A stretch of 64,000 bases of DNA from a virus (IMGVR_UViG_3300042691_038416:32001-96000); one strand, 5' to 3'. Positions 20,578 to 30,482 are shown, counted from the first letter of the stretch. Numbers and translations are program-made. Notes: generated from the sequence alone by a model not told the origin.

Positions 20578-21443
20578 TTAGTTAATACTCCTTTTATTCC
20601 AGTTTGAATTTGTAATGTTTTTTTATCTACATTTGTTTTAACAGTATCAGCATTTACTTTTTCTGCTGATTTAGATATAGATACAGTTTCTGCTAATGAT
20701 GTCCATTCTCTTCTTGTATTAAAATTATATGTCCATTTATCTTCAGGATGTTTGGTAGGATCATAAAGTGTTATGATTTGAAAAAGTGATTTTCTTGTAC
20801 TACTATTTTCTTTATTCCATTTCTCAAAATCTCCATTTGACACAACATATCTTTTATTTCCCCAAACTATAGGGATTAAAAGTTCAGGAGCACCATTTGT
20901 GACAATTTCTTTCCCATCTTTATCTTTATATTTATTAACAACTATCATTGTTAATAATTTAGGATACTCCATTCTAAGAGTTTGAGTTCCTAACCAACCA
21001 TCTACTTGAGCATTAGGATCAGTTTTTTGAGTAAATCTTTGAATAGCATATATATCTTCTCGAGTGAGTGGATTTTGAAATCCTCTATTAGGTGATGAGC
21101 CACCAAATCGGACCCAATTAGAATCTTGATTAGTATTAAATTCTCTAATAAGATCTAAAGTCAAACTCTCCCATACTGCTTGACTATTTAAAGATGTATC
21201 ATTTATATTTACTCGTGGAGGAATAATATTATCATTTTCATCTTTTGAACTTTGAGTAGCAAATCTTAAAAAAGCACTCCATTTTTCTTGAGTATATCCT
21301 TTATCACGTCCTCCTAAAGATTCAATATCAAATGGATTTAAATTAAATTTTAATGGAGCTGTAAGATCTACTCCTGTAGAACTATATCTATAATCTCTTT
21401 GACCATCTGATCCTGTAGGTGGAGTTACTAAAGTTTTAGCCAT
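20574..21443 (-). CDS. hypothetical protein with peptidoglycan-binding-like motif
   Basis: AIQRF...VDGWLGTQT resembles PG_binding_1 DGxxGxxT. Confidence 0.5.
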   Translation of the reverse strand: MAKTLVTPPTGSDGQRDYRYSSTGVDLTAPLKFNLNPFDIESLGGRDKGYTQEKWSAFLRFATQSSKDENDNIIPPRVNINDTSLNSQAVWESLTLDLIREFNTNQDSNWVRFGGSSPNRGFQNPLTREDIYAIQRFTQKTDPNAQVDGWLGTQTLRMEYPKLLTMIVVNKYKDKDGKEIVTNGAPELLIPIVWGNKRYVVSNGDFEKWNKENSSTRKSLFQIITLYDPTKHPEDKWTYNFNTRREWTSLAETVSISKSAEKVNADTVKTNVDKKTLQIQTGIKGVLTK

Positions 21444-22714
21444 TATACTGTAAAATTACGTTTTGAAGTTATAGTACAATTACTAGGAGATGAACCTAAT
21501 TGAGCATTTAAAGAATCTAAAATTCCTAGAACTTTAGTAGCAGGGACTAATAAATTAGGAAACACCGCTGGTGTATTAGGAGCTACAGGTGCAGATTGAA
21601 GAAATTGTAATGCTGTTGCTAATTCTTTAATAGATGAAGTAAGATCTCTTAATACTTGAGCTGTTGTATCTCCTAATAATAATGGTTCAGTAGCTAAATC
21701 TTCTTTACCTAAAAATATTTTATCCGCTTGAGTAATAAACTTTTTAGTGTCTATATTAACTGATTCTAAAGCATTAAAATTAATAGATTTAGCTGAGCTT
21801 AATAATATATGATCTAAATGAGCATTAAATACTAATCTACCTGAGTCTAGAATTATTTGGGCCCCAGAATATTTATTTGGAGATGTGGGAGCTACTTTGT
21901 CATTATAACTAACATAACTATCACTAGATACAGTTATAGGTATATTTTGAGTACTAGTTAGGTATATAGAAGATAAGTCTAAAGTTATATTTTCTGTGGT
22001 AGGAATCCATCCTTCTTTAGTTTGATCACCTTGTCCATTTCTAATTATAGTGATAGGATCTCCATTTTCACCAGTTGAAGACCAATTATTAGGAGTTCCA
22101 TTAACTGTACTTCCTAAACGTATTGAATTACCCCATCTACCTTCAAGTATAGTATCACCTTCAAAAGGTAATAAAGGATGTATATTAGCTCGTTCTTTAA
22201 AAGTTTTACCTAAATTAATTTCAGTTGAATTATCTGTTACTCTTCTAACACTTCCAGCTTGAGTTTGAGTATAATCCTTTTTTTGAGATGGAGGTAATTC
22301 ATTAGAATTATCAGGATACCCATTATGATGAGGATGATTCCAAAGATTAATTGTATTAATATAATAAGCGTTAATTGAGTAAGGATTATTTCCTAAATCA
22401 GTATTAGGAGCTAATATAATATATACTAATTCATTTACTAATGGATATTTTTTAATATTTGAATCTATAGGTTTAGCGAATCCACTTATATTTTGAACTC
22501 TTTTATCTATAGATTCATATTGTATAATACCTAAACCATTCCATTCACCTAAAGAATTAAATTTATTTTTATCACTATCATCTAATAATATATCTTTAAC
22601 TCTAGCTATAGTGATAATATTATTAGTAGATTGAGCTAAATTAGTAAGAAAATCATTTCCATATTTAGAAGAAAATCTATTATTTACAGCTGAAAAACCA
22701 TATTTAGTTATCAT
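21443..22714 (-). CDS. baseplate hub/spike (gp5-like) protein
   Basis: YPLVNELV OB-like N-terminus, EGDTILEGRWGNSIRLG, EPLLLGD; position upstream of gp25. Confidence 0.65.
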   Translation of the reverse strand: MITKYGFSAVNNRFSSKYGNDFLTNLAQSTNNIITIARVKDILLDDSDKNKFNSLGEWNGLGIIQYESIDKRVQNISGFAKPIDSNIKKYPLVNELVYIILAPNTDLGNNPYSINAYYINTINLWNHPHHNGYPDNSNELPPSQKKDYTQTQAGSVRRVTDNSTEINLGKTFKERANIHPLLPFEGDTILEGRWGNSIRLGSTVNGTPNNWSSTGENGDPITIIRNGQGDQTKEGWIPTTENITLDLSSIYLTSTQNIPITVSSDSYVSYNDKVAPTSPNKYSGAQIILDSGRLVFNAHLDHILLSSAKSINFNALESVNIDTKKFITQADKIFLGKEDLATEPLLLGDTTAQVLRDLTSSIKELATALQFLQSAPVAPNTPAVFPNLLVPATKVLGILDSLNAQLGSSPSNCTITSKRNFTV

Positions 22715-23066
22715 TGTTATTTGGTTTTAAATTTTCTTGGATTTTATTTATTTCACCTAATAATTGCGCTTTTTCTTCTTCAGAGATTAGATAATTATCT
22801 CCTCCTCCAGCATTATCATTTGATAAACAACGCTGAATAATTGTGGCCATTTTAATTAATTGTTCGTCATTTTTAACACCTATTTCAAGATATTCTTTAA
22901 TTAATGGAACAACTAAGGTAGCATCACCAATATCATCAATTAAAGGTTTTAATTCTTCAATCAACGCGGATATTTGTTTTTCTTTTTTCTTTTGGTTTTG
23001 ATAAATTTCTTGAAAAATATCTTTTAATTTTTTATCACCAAAAATATCAGAATCTAAACTACTCAT
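22704..23066 (-). CDS. hypothetical protein
   Basis: ORF, coiled-coil character. Confidence 0.7.
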   Translation of the reverse strand: MSSLDSDIFGDKKLKDIFQEIYQNQKKKEKQISALIEELKPLIDDIGDATLVVPLIKEYLEIGVKNDEQLIKMATIIQRCLSNDNAGGGDNYLISEEEKAQLLGEINKIQENLKPNNNDN

Positions 23067-23102
23067 AATTAAGATAATATTTATTTATCATAAATACTAG
23101 AT

Positions 23103-23807
23103 TTATTGAAATTTTATATATCCATTTTCTATATAAAAGATATAACCTTTTTTATATATATCATATAAACGATCAGCTATTTTAGTAATTTTAGGAGTTT
23201 TAACATCTATCATTTCTCGTATATAGATATATAATGCTTTTTTATTAAATACTTCTAAACTATCACGTTTTCTAAATAACTCAAGAATAGCATCAGCTAT
23301 TTTAGCATCATTTTCTTTAGGGAAAATATGATATATATTTGAAGTACAATAATCTACAAATAAATCTGTGAATAAAGATATTTTATCATTATGACCTAGT
23401 TTATCACTAGGTGAATTATTTTCTTCAATAACATATGAGTGACTATTATCTTCTTCTAATACAGATGTAGAAACTGAGTTAACACGTTTTTTGTAATTTT
23501 TTTCATTATATAAAATTAACCAACGTTTAACAATAGTACCAAAATATGAATATGCTTTAGCTCCTTTAGATGGGTCAAATAAATGTATTTTACTGAGTAA
23601 AAAAGTTATAATTTCATGTTGTAAATCTTCAATATTTTCAACTTCAGTATAATAAAATTTAAATGTATGGATAATATTTTGAGTTAATTTAAAGAAAGCA
23701 TAATGAATTTTTTCATCATATATTTTACTTCTTATAATAGGATCGTCACATAAATTATAGGCTACTATAGCGTCCTCAGTATCTTGTGTAAAGTAATTTT
23801 TACTCAT
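23103..23807 (-). CDS. phage sigma factor (T4 gp55-like)
   Basis: EDLQHE..FDPSKGAKAYSYFGTI region-2 pattern. Confidence 0.7.
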   Translation of the reverse strand: MSKNYFTQDTEDAIVAYNLCDDPIIRSKIYDEKIHYAFFKLTQNIIHTFKFYYTEVENIEDLQHEIITFLLSKIHLFDPSKGAKAYSYFGTIVKRWLILYNEKNYKKRVNSVSTSVLEEDNSHSYVIEENNSPSDKLGHNDKISLFTDLFVDYCTSNIYHIFPKENDAKIADAILELFRKRDSLEVFNKKALYIYIREMIDVKTPKITKIADRLYDIYKKGYIFYIENGYIKFQ

Positions 23808-24077
23808 TTATTTAACTTTAAAATTATTTAATTGTTCTTGAAGATACTTTAATTGTTGAAAAAAGAATCCTACTTCATCATCACTTTCAAATGATCCTTT
23901 ACGGTCTATTTCTTTAAGTTTTTCATTTGAGAAACTAATTGTGTTAGATAAGTTAACCATATAGTTTTCATATGAACTAATTATATCCTCACATTTTTCA
24001 TTTTTCTTAAGAAGATTATAAGAGGTATAACCTAATATAATCACTAAAACTGAGAGTATTGATATAGCTATTACCAT
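23808..24077 (-). CDS. membrane-anchored hypothetical protein
   Basis: N-terminal hydrophobic helix. Confidence 0.7.
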   Translation of the reverse strand: MVIAISILSVLVIILGYTSYNLLKKNEKCEDIISSYENYMVNLSNTISFSNEKLKEIDRKGSFESDDEVGFFFQQLKYLQEQLNNFKVK

Positions 24078-24138
24078 AGTTTGAATATAAAAAGGCTGTA
24101 ACTTTCATTACAACCTTTATTTTAATTATTATTTATTA

Positions 24139-24921
24139 TTAATCTTTAAAAAAATCATTCATTGCATTTTTTAAACTAGCGCTTTTTATATTACTTAAAG
24201 CTTTAGTTTTAGTTGGAGCTTTTTTCTCTGTCTTAGGTAATGTACTATCCTTTTTTTGAGGAACCACATTTCCTGTTAATTTAGGCATCCACTCACGTTC
24301 AAATTCAACACGAGCAGCCATTAAATCTGCTTGATGTAGAATATAAATTAAAGCAGTACGTGGTTTAGTTTCTGGCATCCATGACATTAAATAAGGTTTA
24401 TTTGCTTCATCATATAAACCATCATGTAATTTAATAGCTAACATTTCATTTTTAGTATATGAAATGCCATGTTGATTAAGTAAATATAAACCACGATCTG
24501 GTACTGACATAAATTCTAAAGCATCATTAAATTTATAATCTTCACCTAATTTATCTTTACGCCATTGGTCAGTCTGAGGAATATATGCTTCATTTTTCTC
24601 ATCTCCCATCTTACCTAAATCATGATTCATAGCAGAGAACACTAACTCTTCAGTGGTCCAATTCTTATGAACATTATATTTAGTCCAAATTTGATCAAAA
24701 TCAAGAGCAGCTCGAATAACTCGATTAACATGTTCAATATATCCACCTGGGAAAGCATTATGATATTCTTTTTTATGAGCAGCAGGCATTAACATGATAC
24801 GCTCTGCATATTTCTCATAAAAAGTTTTTAAATAAGATCTACGTGGTTCTGAGATATATGTTTCAATATATGAGATAAACTCATCCCAATTTTCTTGGAT
24901 TTGTTCTGCTGTTAAATTCAT
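24139..24921 (-). CDS. HD-domain hydrolase (YhaM-like)
   Basis: PAA..YHNAFPGG..EH, HDLGK, HDG, HQAD; start moved to ATG 24921 to avoid overlap. Confidence 0.85.
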   Translation of the reverse strand: MNLTAEQIQENWDEFISYIETYISEPRRSYLKTFYEKYAERIMLMPAAHKKEYHNAFPGGYIEHVNRVIRAALDFDQIWTKYNVHKNWTTEELVFSAMNHDLGKMGDEKNEAYIPQTDQWRKDKLGEDYKFNDALEFMSVPDRGLYLLNQHGISYTKNEMLAIKLHDGLYDEANKPYLMSWMPETKPRTALIYILHQADLMAARVEFEREWMPKLTGNVVPQKKDSTLPKTEKKAPTKTKALSNIKSASLKNAMNDFFKD

Positions 24922-24922
24922 A

Positions 24923-25123
24923 TTACTGAGCTGATGTATTAAGTTCGTATCCTGTAATAGGTTCTGAATCGATATATGTTCTGAGTTGATCGATTTGTTC
25001 ACGCATATTTTCTGCGGTTTCATTAAATCCTTGTTCATCACCTCTTCTGAGGAGATTAATTAATTTGTTTAAAGATGTATCAATTTGATCAATCTTTCTA
25101 AGAGCTGCTTCTCTATTTCTCAT
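24923..25123 (-). CDS. hypothetical protein
   Basis: ORF abutting the HD gene. Confidence 0.7.
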   Translation of the reverse strand: MRNREAALRKIDQIDTSLNKLINLLRRGDEQGFNETAENMREQIDQLRTYIDSEPITGYELNTSAQ

Positions 25124-25251
25124 AAATTTATATTTAGTTTATAACTTACCCCCATTTACTCATCCGCGCCTTACTCATTTCCTTCTCGCCTCATATTCTT
25201 TTCCTTAAAACCCGTAATACTAATATACGTGAGAAATTTTAAAAGGCCAAA

Positions 25252-25671
25252 CTATTTTAAAAACTCTTTTATTTTATTTTCAATATTTTTCAATAGGGCA
25301 CATTTTTCATACTCTTCTAAGGGCTCAAAAAATTGAATAGCTATTTGTAAATTATGAACCATAGATTCATCAGCCTTAGACTTTAAGCATTCAATATGAA
25401 AAGGTTTATCTAAATCAAAATCCTTAATATAATTCCAAGCTTTTCTAAACATTAACTCCTCACCAGCTTTCTCTAACTCCTCTATATTGATATCCGGAGA
25501 TATACTTTGAAATGTTTTAACAGTATATTGTTTAAAAAATAAATGATTACTTATAACTTTATTAAAACCACTAATCCAAAAAAGAGGATGCTCAGAAAAA
25601 TCCATCAACAATGATGTTTCATCATCACTATTTTCACTATTAAACAAATTAAATATACTATTGATGTTCAT
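25252..25671 (-). CDS. hypothetical protein with C-terminal UVR (UvrB/C)-like motif
   Basis: AIQFFEPLEEYEKCALLK. Confidence 0.6.
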   Translation of the reverse strand: MNINSIFNLFNSENSDDETSLLMDFSEHPLFWISGFNKVISNHLFFKQYTVKTFQSISPDINIEELEKAGEELMFRKAWNYIKDFDLDKPFHIECLKSKADESMVHNLQIAIQFFEPLEEYEKCALLKNIENKIKEFLK

Positions 25672-25682
25672 AATGATAGAGA

Positions 25683-25712
25683 AATTGCCTCATAAATAAA
25701 TACGAGGCAATT
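25683..25712 (-). terminator. hairpin, probable terminator
   Basis: AATTGCCTC/GAGGCAATT inverted repeat after a stop. Confidence 0.6.
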
Positions 25713-25717
25713 CTTAA

Positions 25718-25885
25718 TTATTTAGTAACAGCTGTGTCTGTAGTAGCTGTAACAGAATCTACAGTTGAAGATACCTCAACACTCAAAGTATCAACTGGCG
25801 CAGCTGAAGTAGGAGTTTCACTAGTAGATGAAGAACAAGATGCTAACAAAGTAGCAATCGCGAATAGAATAAGTACTTTTTTCAT
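25718..25885 (-). CDS. small S/T-rich lipoprotein (55 aa)
   Basis: Hand translation MKKVLILFAIATLLASCSSSTSETP...; lipobox LASC. Confidence 0.75.
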   Translation of the reverse strand: MKKVLILFAIATLLASCSSSTSETPTSAAPVDTLSVEVSSTVDSVTATTDTAVTK

Positions 25886-25973
25886 TTTTTGTTTTTTAAT
25901 TTGTTTTTTTTAAGGTTAATAATGATTTAATATATAATAAATATCCTAAGATTCCAAATAAAATAAATATTTT

Positions 25974-26165
25974 TCAATCTGTTTTCAAAATATTAGTATA
26001 ATATATAACTGTGTCCCAACCATCCTTAGAAGGATAAATCGGATCAGTAGAAGATTCTATGGTATAAAAATATAAAAAACTATTAGTAAAATCTTCATCC
26101 GCGGAGACATACTTTGATGCCTCCTCAGATGAAATTTTTTTAAGCGGCTTAAAGCGTCTTTCCAT
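25974..26165 (-). CDS. hypothetical protein
   Basis: ORF track. Confidence 0.5.
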   Translation of the reverse strand: MERRFKPLKKISSEEASKYVSADEDFTNSFLYFYTIESSTDPIYPSKDGWDTVIYYTNILKTD

Positions 26166-26338
26166 TACCTAACCTATCTTTATACGTATATACTTATTTA
26201 CTTTTACGCTTCATAACCTCACTAATAGAATTGTGAGCGTTATTAGTGTACGGTTTACTCTTAGGTTTAAATTTCATGAATGCTAACCATTCTTTAAGAC
26301 ATTCAACGCTTTGTTTAGGACTGTTTTTTGACATATGA

Positions 26339-26542
26339 TTATTCGTTTATTAATATTTTTCTAGTTGAAACTCGTACTGCGGGGTGATTTACTCCTGCGC
26401 GTTTGCGCTCTGGAATATATCTACCATGTTTTGGTCTGTCAAATTTTCTTAGCACTGATGTTTGATAACGAGTGTGCATGTGTGATGTTTGACATGATGT
26501 GATGATCACTGTGGTGATTAATAATAGAATAAATTTTTTCAT
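26339..26542 (-). CDS. small lipoprotein
   Basis: MKKFILLLITTVIITSC lipobox; upstream promoter motif. Confidence 0.7.
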   Translation of the reverse strand: MKKFILLLITTVIITSCQTSHMHTRYQTSVLRKFDRPKHGRYIPERKRAGVNHPAVRVSTRKILINE

Positions 26543-26890
26543 AACTTTTATTTTTATTTAATATATAAAATGGGGTCCTGGAAGCCAAGCAGTATATACT
26601 TTGTCGACGGTGAAAGATTTTTAAAAGGAAAGATTTTGGTTTTTATGGGGAGATATCAAAAGGGGTTAAATGGAAATTGTGGGATTTATTTCTGTTTTTT
26701 GATAAGTTTATCATGGGGTAGAAATGGATAGGTTTAATATATAAATATATACAATCGAGCCGCACTATACGTTTAAGATCTAAAAATTAATGATATTCCC
26801 GTTTGCCCAACACGTACCGTTATATGGATAATAACGCGCGTGGTGCTATAATACAGGCGTATATGTACGTACGTACACGCCCAGGAGTAC

Positions 26891-26919
26891 GGAGGTGGGA
26901 CCTTACGGTCCCGCCCTCC
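26891..26919 (-). terminator. GC-rich hairpin downstream of AT-hook gene
   Basis: GGAGGGCGGGACC-GTAA-GGTCCCACCTCC on the minus strand. Confidence 0.55.
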
Positions 26920-26940
26920 TATAACACACACAATTTCTAA

Positions 26941-27324
26941 TTACGCGTTTTCAGTGCTCGCAACTTCCGCATGTGCGGTGCTCTCACTGTTACGGCTTGG
27001 GCGACCACGTTTAACTTCAGCACCCGATGTTTTTGCTGCTAGTGCCTGTTGACGTTTACTGTTTACATTCACCGGACGGCCTTTACTTAGTGTTCCACCT
27101 GCTGCTACTTTCTCAGCACGTGCCGCTAGTACTGCTTGACGTTTCGATCCTGCTACAGCTGGTCTACCGCGTTTCAATTCTCCCGCTGCACGTTTTGCTT
27201 CACGGTCGGCGATTTTCTTCTGGCGAGCGCTCTCAGGATTTGCTGGACGGCCCAATGCTTTTGCTACGTTTGTTTCTACGTTCGCTACTGCTTTTTCTGT
27301 TGATACTGATTTTTTCTTGCTCAT
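26941..27324 (-). CDS. basic AT-hook-like repeat DNA-binding protein
   Basis: Four GRP motifs in repeating GRP-x4-S-x-RQ units. Confidence 0.75.
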   Translation of the reverse strand: MSKKKSVSTEKAVANVETNVAKALGRPANPESARQKKIADREAKRAAGELKRGRPAVAGSKRQAVLAARAEKVAAGGTLSKGRPVNVNSKRQQALAAKTSGAEVKRGRPSRNSESTAHAEVASTENA

Positions 27325-27608
27325 GCGATTTGTGTTTTTTAATTATTAATTATTTATTTATTTTATTTACTGAATATATGATTAAGGTTCTTGATAGCCT
27401 AGCGCTTAATTGCATCATATAATTCTGCTATGTTTACTATAACCCACAATGTTAACATAACAGGAATTGCAGTCGGGTGTGATTGGTGTATTGGGCTGTT
27501 CCAAACCAAATAAAATAAAATGTAGGCGATGATGTCTTTCATGTGTTTAAATGTTTTAAATTATACTTAAATATATGATACTAAATTCTGTTTACCTAGC
27601 AGTAGGCG

Positions 27609-27872
27609 TTAACTGTTTGTTAACGCCATTTTAATTTCCTCCAACTGTTTAACCAACTTACTGGCATCGCCTTTTAATCCAAAATATGTCTTCACATTAC
27701 TTATTTTCCAGTGGCGATTCGGTTTAATTCCTTTAGCGTATAAACTGCAGTCACGGATGCTTAAAATCAGGTTCCAGTACCCCATAGGCATTACATTACC
27801 ATTTACATTCACCGTTCTTGATTCGTCGGTCATGTCTTTAAAGAATTGTGTGTTTGAGCTAAGTGTTATCAT
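27609..27872 (-). CDS. hypothetical protein
   Basis: ORF with upstream promoter motif. Confidence 0.75.
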   Translation of the reverse strand: MITLSSNTQFFKDMTDESRTVNVNGNVMPMGYWNLILSIRDCSLYAKGIKPNRHWKISNVKTYFGLKGDASKLVKQLEEIKMALTNS

Positions 27873-27910
27873 GTGTTTTAATTTTTTAATTTACCTAAAT
27901 ATAAGTTAAC

Positions 27911-28072
27911 TCACTCCGAGACCCTAGCGGCGCGCTTATCCTTCACCATCGCCGCTAGTTCGACTAACATGTTCGGGTACCTTATAAATGTAGCTGCTGC
28001 TGTCTCTGCTACCTCGCGGGACGTCTCTGGGTACACGAACATGATGTCTGTGATCAAATCCTCGAGCACCAT
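27911..28072 (-). CDS. hypothetical protein
   Basis: ORF; ATG 28072 preferred. Confidence 0.5.
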   Translation of the reverse strand: MVLEDLITDIMFVYPETSREVAETAAATFIRYPNMLVELAAMVKDKRAARVSE

Positions 28073-28085
28073 ATCAATCTGTTTG

Positions 28086-28265
28086 TTATTCAAAAGCACA
28101 GTATTGAGTATTTACGTTAGACAATTTGTGGCGGCTATAATAAGCCTGTTTAGACGATGAACATGATGTCATTGCCATCATAATCGCTAGAATAATTAGT
28201 GTAGCAGTAGCTGCTTGAAATGTTGACATCACTAGATGTTGTGTGAAATTTAAAGCTTTTTTCAT
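28086..28265 (-). CDS. small lipoprotein-like protein (59 aa)
   Basis: Hand translation MKKALNF...ILAIMMAMTSCSSS; promoter motif upstream. Confidence 0.6.
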   Translation of the reverse strand: MKKALNFTQHLVMSTFQAATATLIILAIMMAMTSCSSSKQAYYSRHKLSNVNTQYCAFE

Positions 28266-28319
28266 GTGTTTATGTTTTTAAATTATTTTACTAAATATAA
28301 ATTATATTATTAAATAATC

Positions 28320-28598
28320 CTAGCGCTGCCACTCAGCAGCTGTCCCCCAGTACTCAATACAAAACGAATCACATCTGGTAATTTGCATCTTATATCCCTC
28401 AGTTTGCTTATAAAATTCAAGTGCGGCGATTGAATCTTTAGTGTCCATAATAAAAAAGTTGGTGGTGATTGACCCTGATACATCCTGGCCACCATAAAGT
28501 TTAGCCTTATTTATGAAAGACGCTTTATACATGTGTCCATCTTTCTTACAGGCAGTCATACTTAAAATTGCAAACGCGATAACGGCTAATTTTTTCAT
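28320..28598 (-). CDS. small lipoprotein
   Basis: MKKLAVIAFAILSMTAC; C-terminus paralogous to the 28645..28914 product. Confidence 0.75.
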   Translation of the reverse strand: MKKLAVIAFAILSMTACKKDGHMYKASFINKAKLYGGQDVSGSITTNFFIMDTKDSIAALEFYKQTEGYKMQITRCDSFCIEYWGTAAEWQR

Positions 28599-28644
28599 GT
28601 GCTTTTTATTTTTGTTTGAATATAAGTTAATGGACCTGGTGATC

Positions 28645-29523
28645 CTATCTACCTTGTGCTTTCCACTCCTTGCGAGTACCCCAATATGTGATTGTAACTG
28701 AGTCTGACTTAGGCATCAGTTCCTTAAACACAGACGTTTCCTTATACCAGTCCCAGCAGGCGGTATCTTCCTTAGACACGTGAATAAAATCTGTTGTCAC
28801 TAACATGCCTGTGTTTTCTAACTCCTGGTAGTAGGCGACCTCGTAAACATATTTTTTGCTAGCGCATGAGGCGAAGATTGAAGATGATATAATAATAATA
28901 ATTAATTTTTTCATATAATTTTTAATTTTAGATGAACATAGGATAAAAGAATCTGCTTCCCTAGCAGGTACTCCCTCGGGCTCAAAGTACCAGCGCTGGT
29001 TATTATAATCTGCTATTTTATTTACCTCGGCAAGTTCACCGTAGGAATTTTTTACGTGCTCAAAGATCATCTTATAGTCTGGCGAATCACCTGGTATCAC
29101 GCCTCCTAAGAGGTCGGCGAACCTAGAGTTTGAGGCATCGACGGTCTCTTGATCCGCAGACACCCCACAGTAACTAGCCTCTTTAACCTCGCTGATAAAC
29201 ATCCCAGTGTAGAGACCTTTTAGGCGGTGCCGTCCGACAAATTGATCTGCGTTGCACCAGATGAAAATACAGTGCTTGTCTCTTAAAAGTGGAACCTGCT
29301 TTTCTCCTACGGCATATAATCCTTCGCCTATCCTAGAGACATTCATCAATCCATAAGGTGTCCCGTGGCCCATCATCAAAATTTGATCGTGCGAGCGGAT
29401 TTCCTTCTCCAGACGGTGTCTAGAAACTCCTTTTGTTAACACAGTAGCACCCTCTAGGCCGCTGTAGATAGGGCGAAGAAAATCTGTTGATCGATCGTCT
29501 GGATGAATGATTAAGGTTTTCAT
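28645..29523 (-). CDS. hypothetical protein reading in frame into a nested lipoprotein (internal ATG 28914)
   Basis: MKTLIIHPDD start after promoter motif; MMGHG..WC motif; internal MKKLIII..FASC. Confidence 0.65.
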   Translation of the reverse strand: MKTLIIHPDDRSTDFLRPIYSGLEGATVLTKGVSRHRLEKEIRSHDQILMMGHGTPYGLMNVSRIGEGLYAVGEKQVPLLRDKHCIFIWCNADQFVGRHRLKGLYTGMFISEVKEASYCGVSADQETVDASNSRFADLLGGVIPGDSPDYKMIFEHVKNSYGELAEVNKIADYNNQRWYFEPEGVPAREADSFILCSSKIKNYMKKLIIIIISSSIFASCASKKYVYEVAYYQELENTGMLVTTDFIHVSKEDTACWDWYKETSVFKELMPKSDSVTITYWGTRKEWKAQGR

Positions 29524-29557
29524 AGGCTGTAATTTTATAATTATTAAATATAAGGCG

Positions 29558-29591
29558 AGGGGTAAGGGGACCCTAACCGGGTCCCTTCCCT
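29558..29591 (-). terminator. hairpin overlapping promoter motif
   Basis: GGGACCC/GGGTCCC stem downstream of 29605..29904. Confidence 0.6.
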
Positions 29592-29604
29592 TTACTTTAA
29601 CCAA

Positions 29605-29904
29605 TTAACCTCTTTCTAATTCAACAACATCTGAATTATTCTTCTTGGCTAACGCTACTTGGCGCTTTGAATTTACATTAACCGGCCTTCCCTTCTTAAG
29701 CTCAATTCCATTACTAACCTTCTCATTACGCTTCTTAATAATTTCTTGGCGCTTAGATCCCTCAATAACTGGGCGACCTCGTTTCAACAACCCCGCCTCT
29801 CGTTTGGCGTTACGATCTTGAATTTTCATTTGACGTGCACTGTTTGGATTAGCTGGACGTCCTTTTTGTTTTGTTTCTGTGGTGTTTGTGATTGTGTTTT
29901 TCAT
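29605..29904 (-). CDS. AT-hook-like repeat protein, paralog of 26941..27324
   Basis: GRPANPNSARQ, KRGRP, KGRPVNVNSKRQ shared. Confidence 0.8.
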   Translation of the reverse strand: MKNTITNTTETKQKGRPANPNSARQMKIQDRNAKREAGLLKRGRPVIEGSKRQEIIKKRNEKVSNGIELKKGRPVNVNSKRQVALAKKNNSDVVELERG

Positions 29905-29981
29905 AACCTTTTTTTTTAATTGTTTTTATTATTTATTTTTTAACATTTTAAATATATGTAACTGAACCCTGAAATCCTAAC

Positions 29982-30137
29982 TTAAAATTGAATCAAATCA
30001 ATTGCTTTTGTTCCAATACTTTTCCCATTCTTATAAACCCAATAATTTGGATCCATACCTGATGCCATGATGTCATCTAATAATTCATGAATGGTGTTGA
30101 ATTTCTTTTTGTAATACTTACAGTTGAGTGTGTACAT
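29982..30137 (-). CDS. hypothetical protein (51 aa)
   Basis: Hand translation MYTLNCKYY...; promoter motif upstream. Confidence 0.6.
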   Translation of the reverse strand: MYTLNCKYYKKKFNTIHELLDDIMASGMDPNYWVYKNGKSIGTKAIDLIQF

Positions 30138-30286
30138 ATCTTATTTTTCTTTTATTTAAATATAAGTAACAGGATCCTGTATGCCTAACCTGGCCTTAAA
30201 AATGGAAATAAACGTTTTAAAAAGCGGAGAGCGCCCACAACAGCGCCCTCCTAAAACACACACATGAAAATCACTATAAACACTAG

Positions 30287-30385
30287 TCGCTGAGGTGAGA
30301 TTCGAACTCACATTTTCTACTCTGGCCTTAACCGCGGGTTGACCTTTTTCGAGGTGTTATCCATTTAATTTTACACTACTCAGCT
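30287..30385 (-). ncRNA. tRNA-like RNA lacking a canonical anticodon arm
   Basis: GCTGAG/CTCAGC acceptor, GTGT/ACAC D stem, GTGAG-TTCGAAT-CTCAC T arm; irregular centre. Confidence 0.6.
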
Positions 30386-30482
30386 TGGCTCTGCCTCTTA
30401 TGAGGTGGCTTTATACATCAGCCTTGGGTCTCAAACCCTCAGAACCTGAATTGGCCCGTCGGCCCCATCCGTCGATGGTTTG

